32,000 nt of DNA from an uncultured Chloroflexia bacterium (lineage in GTDB: Bacteria > Chloroflexota > Anaerolineae > Anaerolineales > Anaerolineaceae). Below are positions 31,929 to 32,000 of the stretch, one piece after another. Position numbers and translations under genes: made by a program. The stretch is taken from positions 4,320,001-4,352,000 of the forward strand of contig OY969938.1 in NCBI GenBank assembly GCA_963704755.1, in the 5' to 3' direction. Position 1 is the stretch's first letter. The number at the start of each line of letters is the position of its first letter. The notes below the pieces were generated by a model that was given only the letters and a program-made list of their open reading frames with translations, was not told where the DNA came from and did not search any database.

Positions 31929-32000
31929 ATGGCAATTCGAAAAATTGTAAACGTGCCCGACGCGGTATTGCGCCGGAAAGCCCACAAAGTAACTGAATTC
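31929..32000 (+). CDS. def: Peptide deformylase, N-terminal 24 codons (continues beyond the window)
   Basis: MAIRKIVNVPDAVLRRKAHKVTEF matches the conserved Def N-terminus (I..PDP.LR.KA..V). GGAG lies upstream. Confidence 0.7.
   Translation, partial: MAIRKIVNVPDAVLRRKAHKVTEF

Overview
This is a roughly 32 kb bacterial chromosomal window, moderately GC-rich with several lower-GC patches. The gene content (GerW-like protein, DUF1684, exonuclease-fused DinG, many long-stem hairpins between genes) fits Chloroflexota or another Terrabacteria lineage, but I cannot verify that from sequence alone.

Gene order:
- Partial MFS transporter; a Cys-based phosphatase; a ComB-family phosphatase; two GNAT acetyltransferases.
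- A zinc-ribbon protein and a membrane-anchored Mrr-type nuclease-domain protein (minus strand).
- tRNA-Pro(CGG).
- dTDP-rhamnose genes rfbC, rfbB, rfbA and convergent rfbD.
- purB, gnd, a TetR regulator and a GAF-GGDEF cyclase.
- dut, a GerW-like protein, a small membrane protein and DUF1684 (all minus strand).
- PadR, two tandem pentapeptide-repeat paralogs and a DrrAB-type ABC exporter.
- A membrane protein, a winged-helix regulator and a second ABC-2 exporter.
- Exonuclease-DinG helicase (minus strand), a HAD-HD fusion and a class-A beta-lactamase-like serine hydrolase (minus strand).
- An XRE regulator with a small membrane protein, a cNMP-binding YdbT-like membrane protein, and the start of def.

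I found no CRISPR array, rRNA, transposase, integrase or recognisable defence system.

Most notable observations:
1. The PadR / pentapeptide-repeat x2 / ABC cluster resembles McbEFG-type target protection plus efflux. It contains a roughly 1 kb tandem duplication that carries relics of both neighbouring genes.
2. There is a family of related long palindromic intergenic elements and a MITE-like element with about 35 bp terminal inverted repeats.
3. A zinc-ribbon plus transmembrane Mrr-nuclease gene pair sits beside tRNA-Pro.
4. Four genes are broken by single-nucleotide frame changes at homopolymer runs. This most likely reflects indel errors or recent pseudogenisation and affects every interpretation here.

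All family assignments come from motif recognition by eye. No searches were run.
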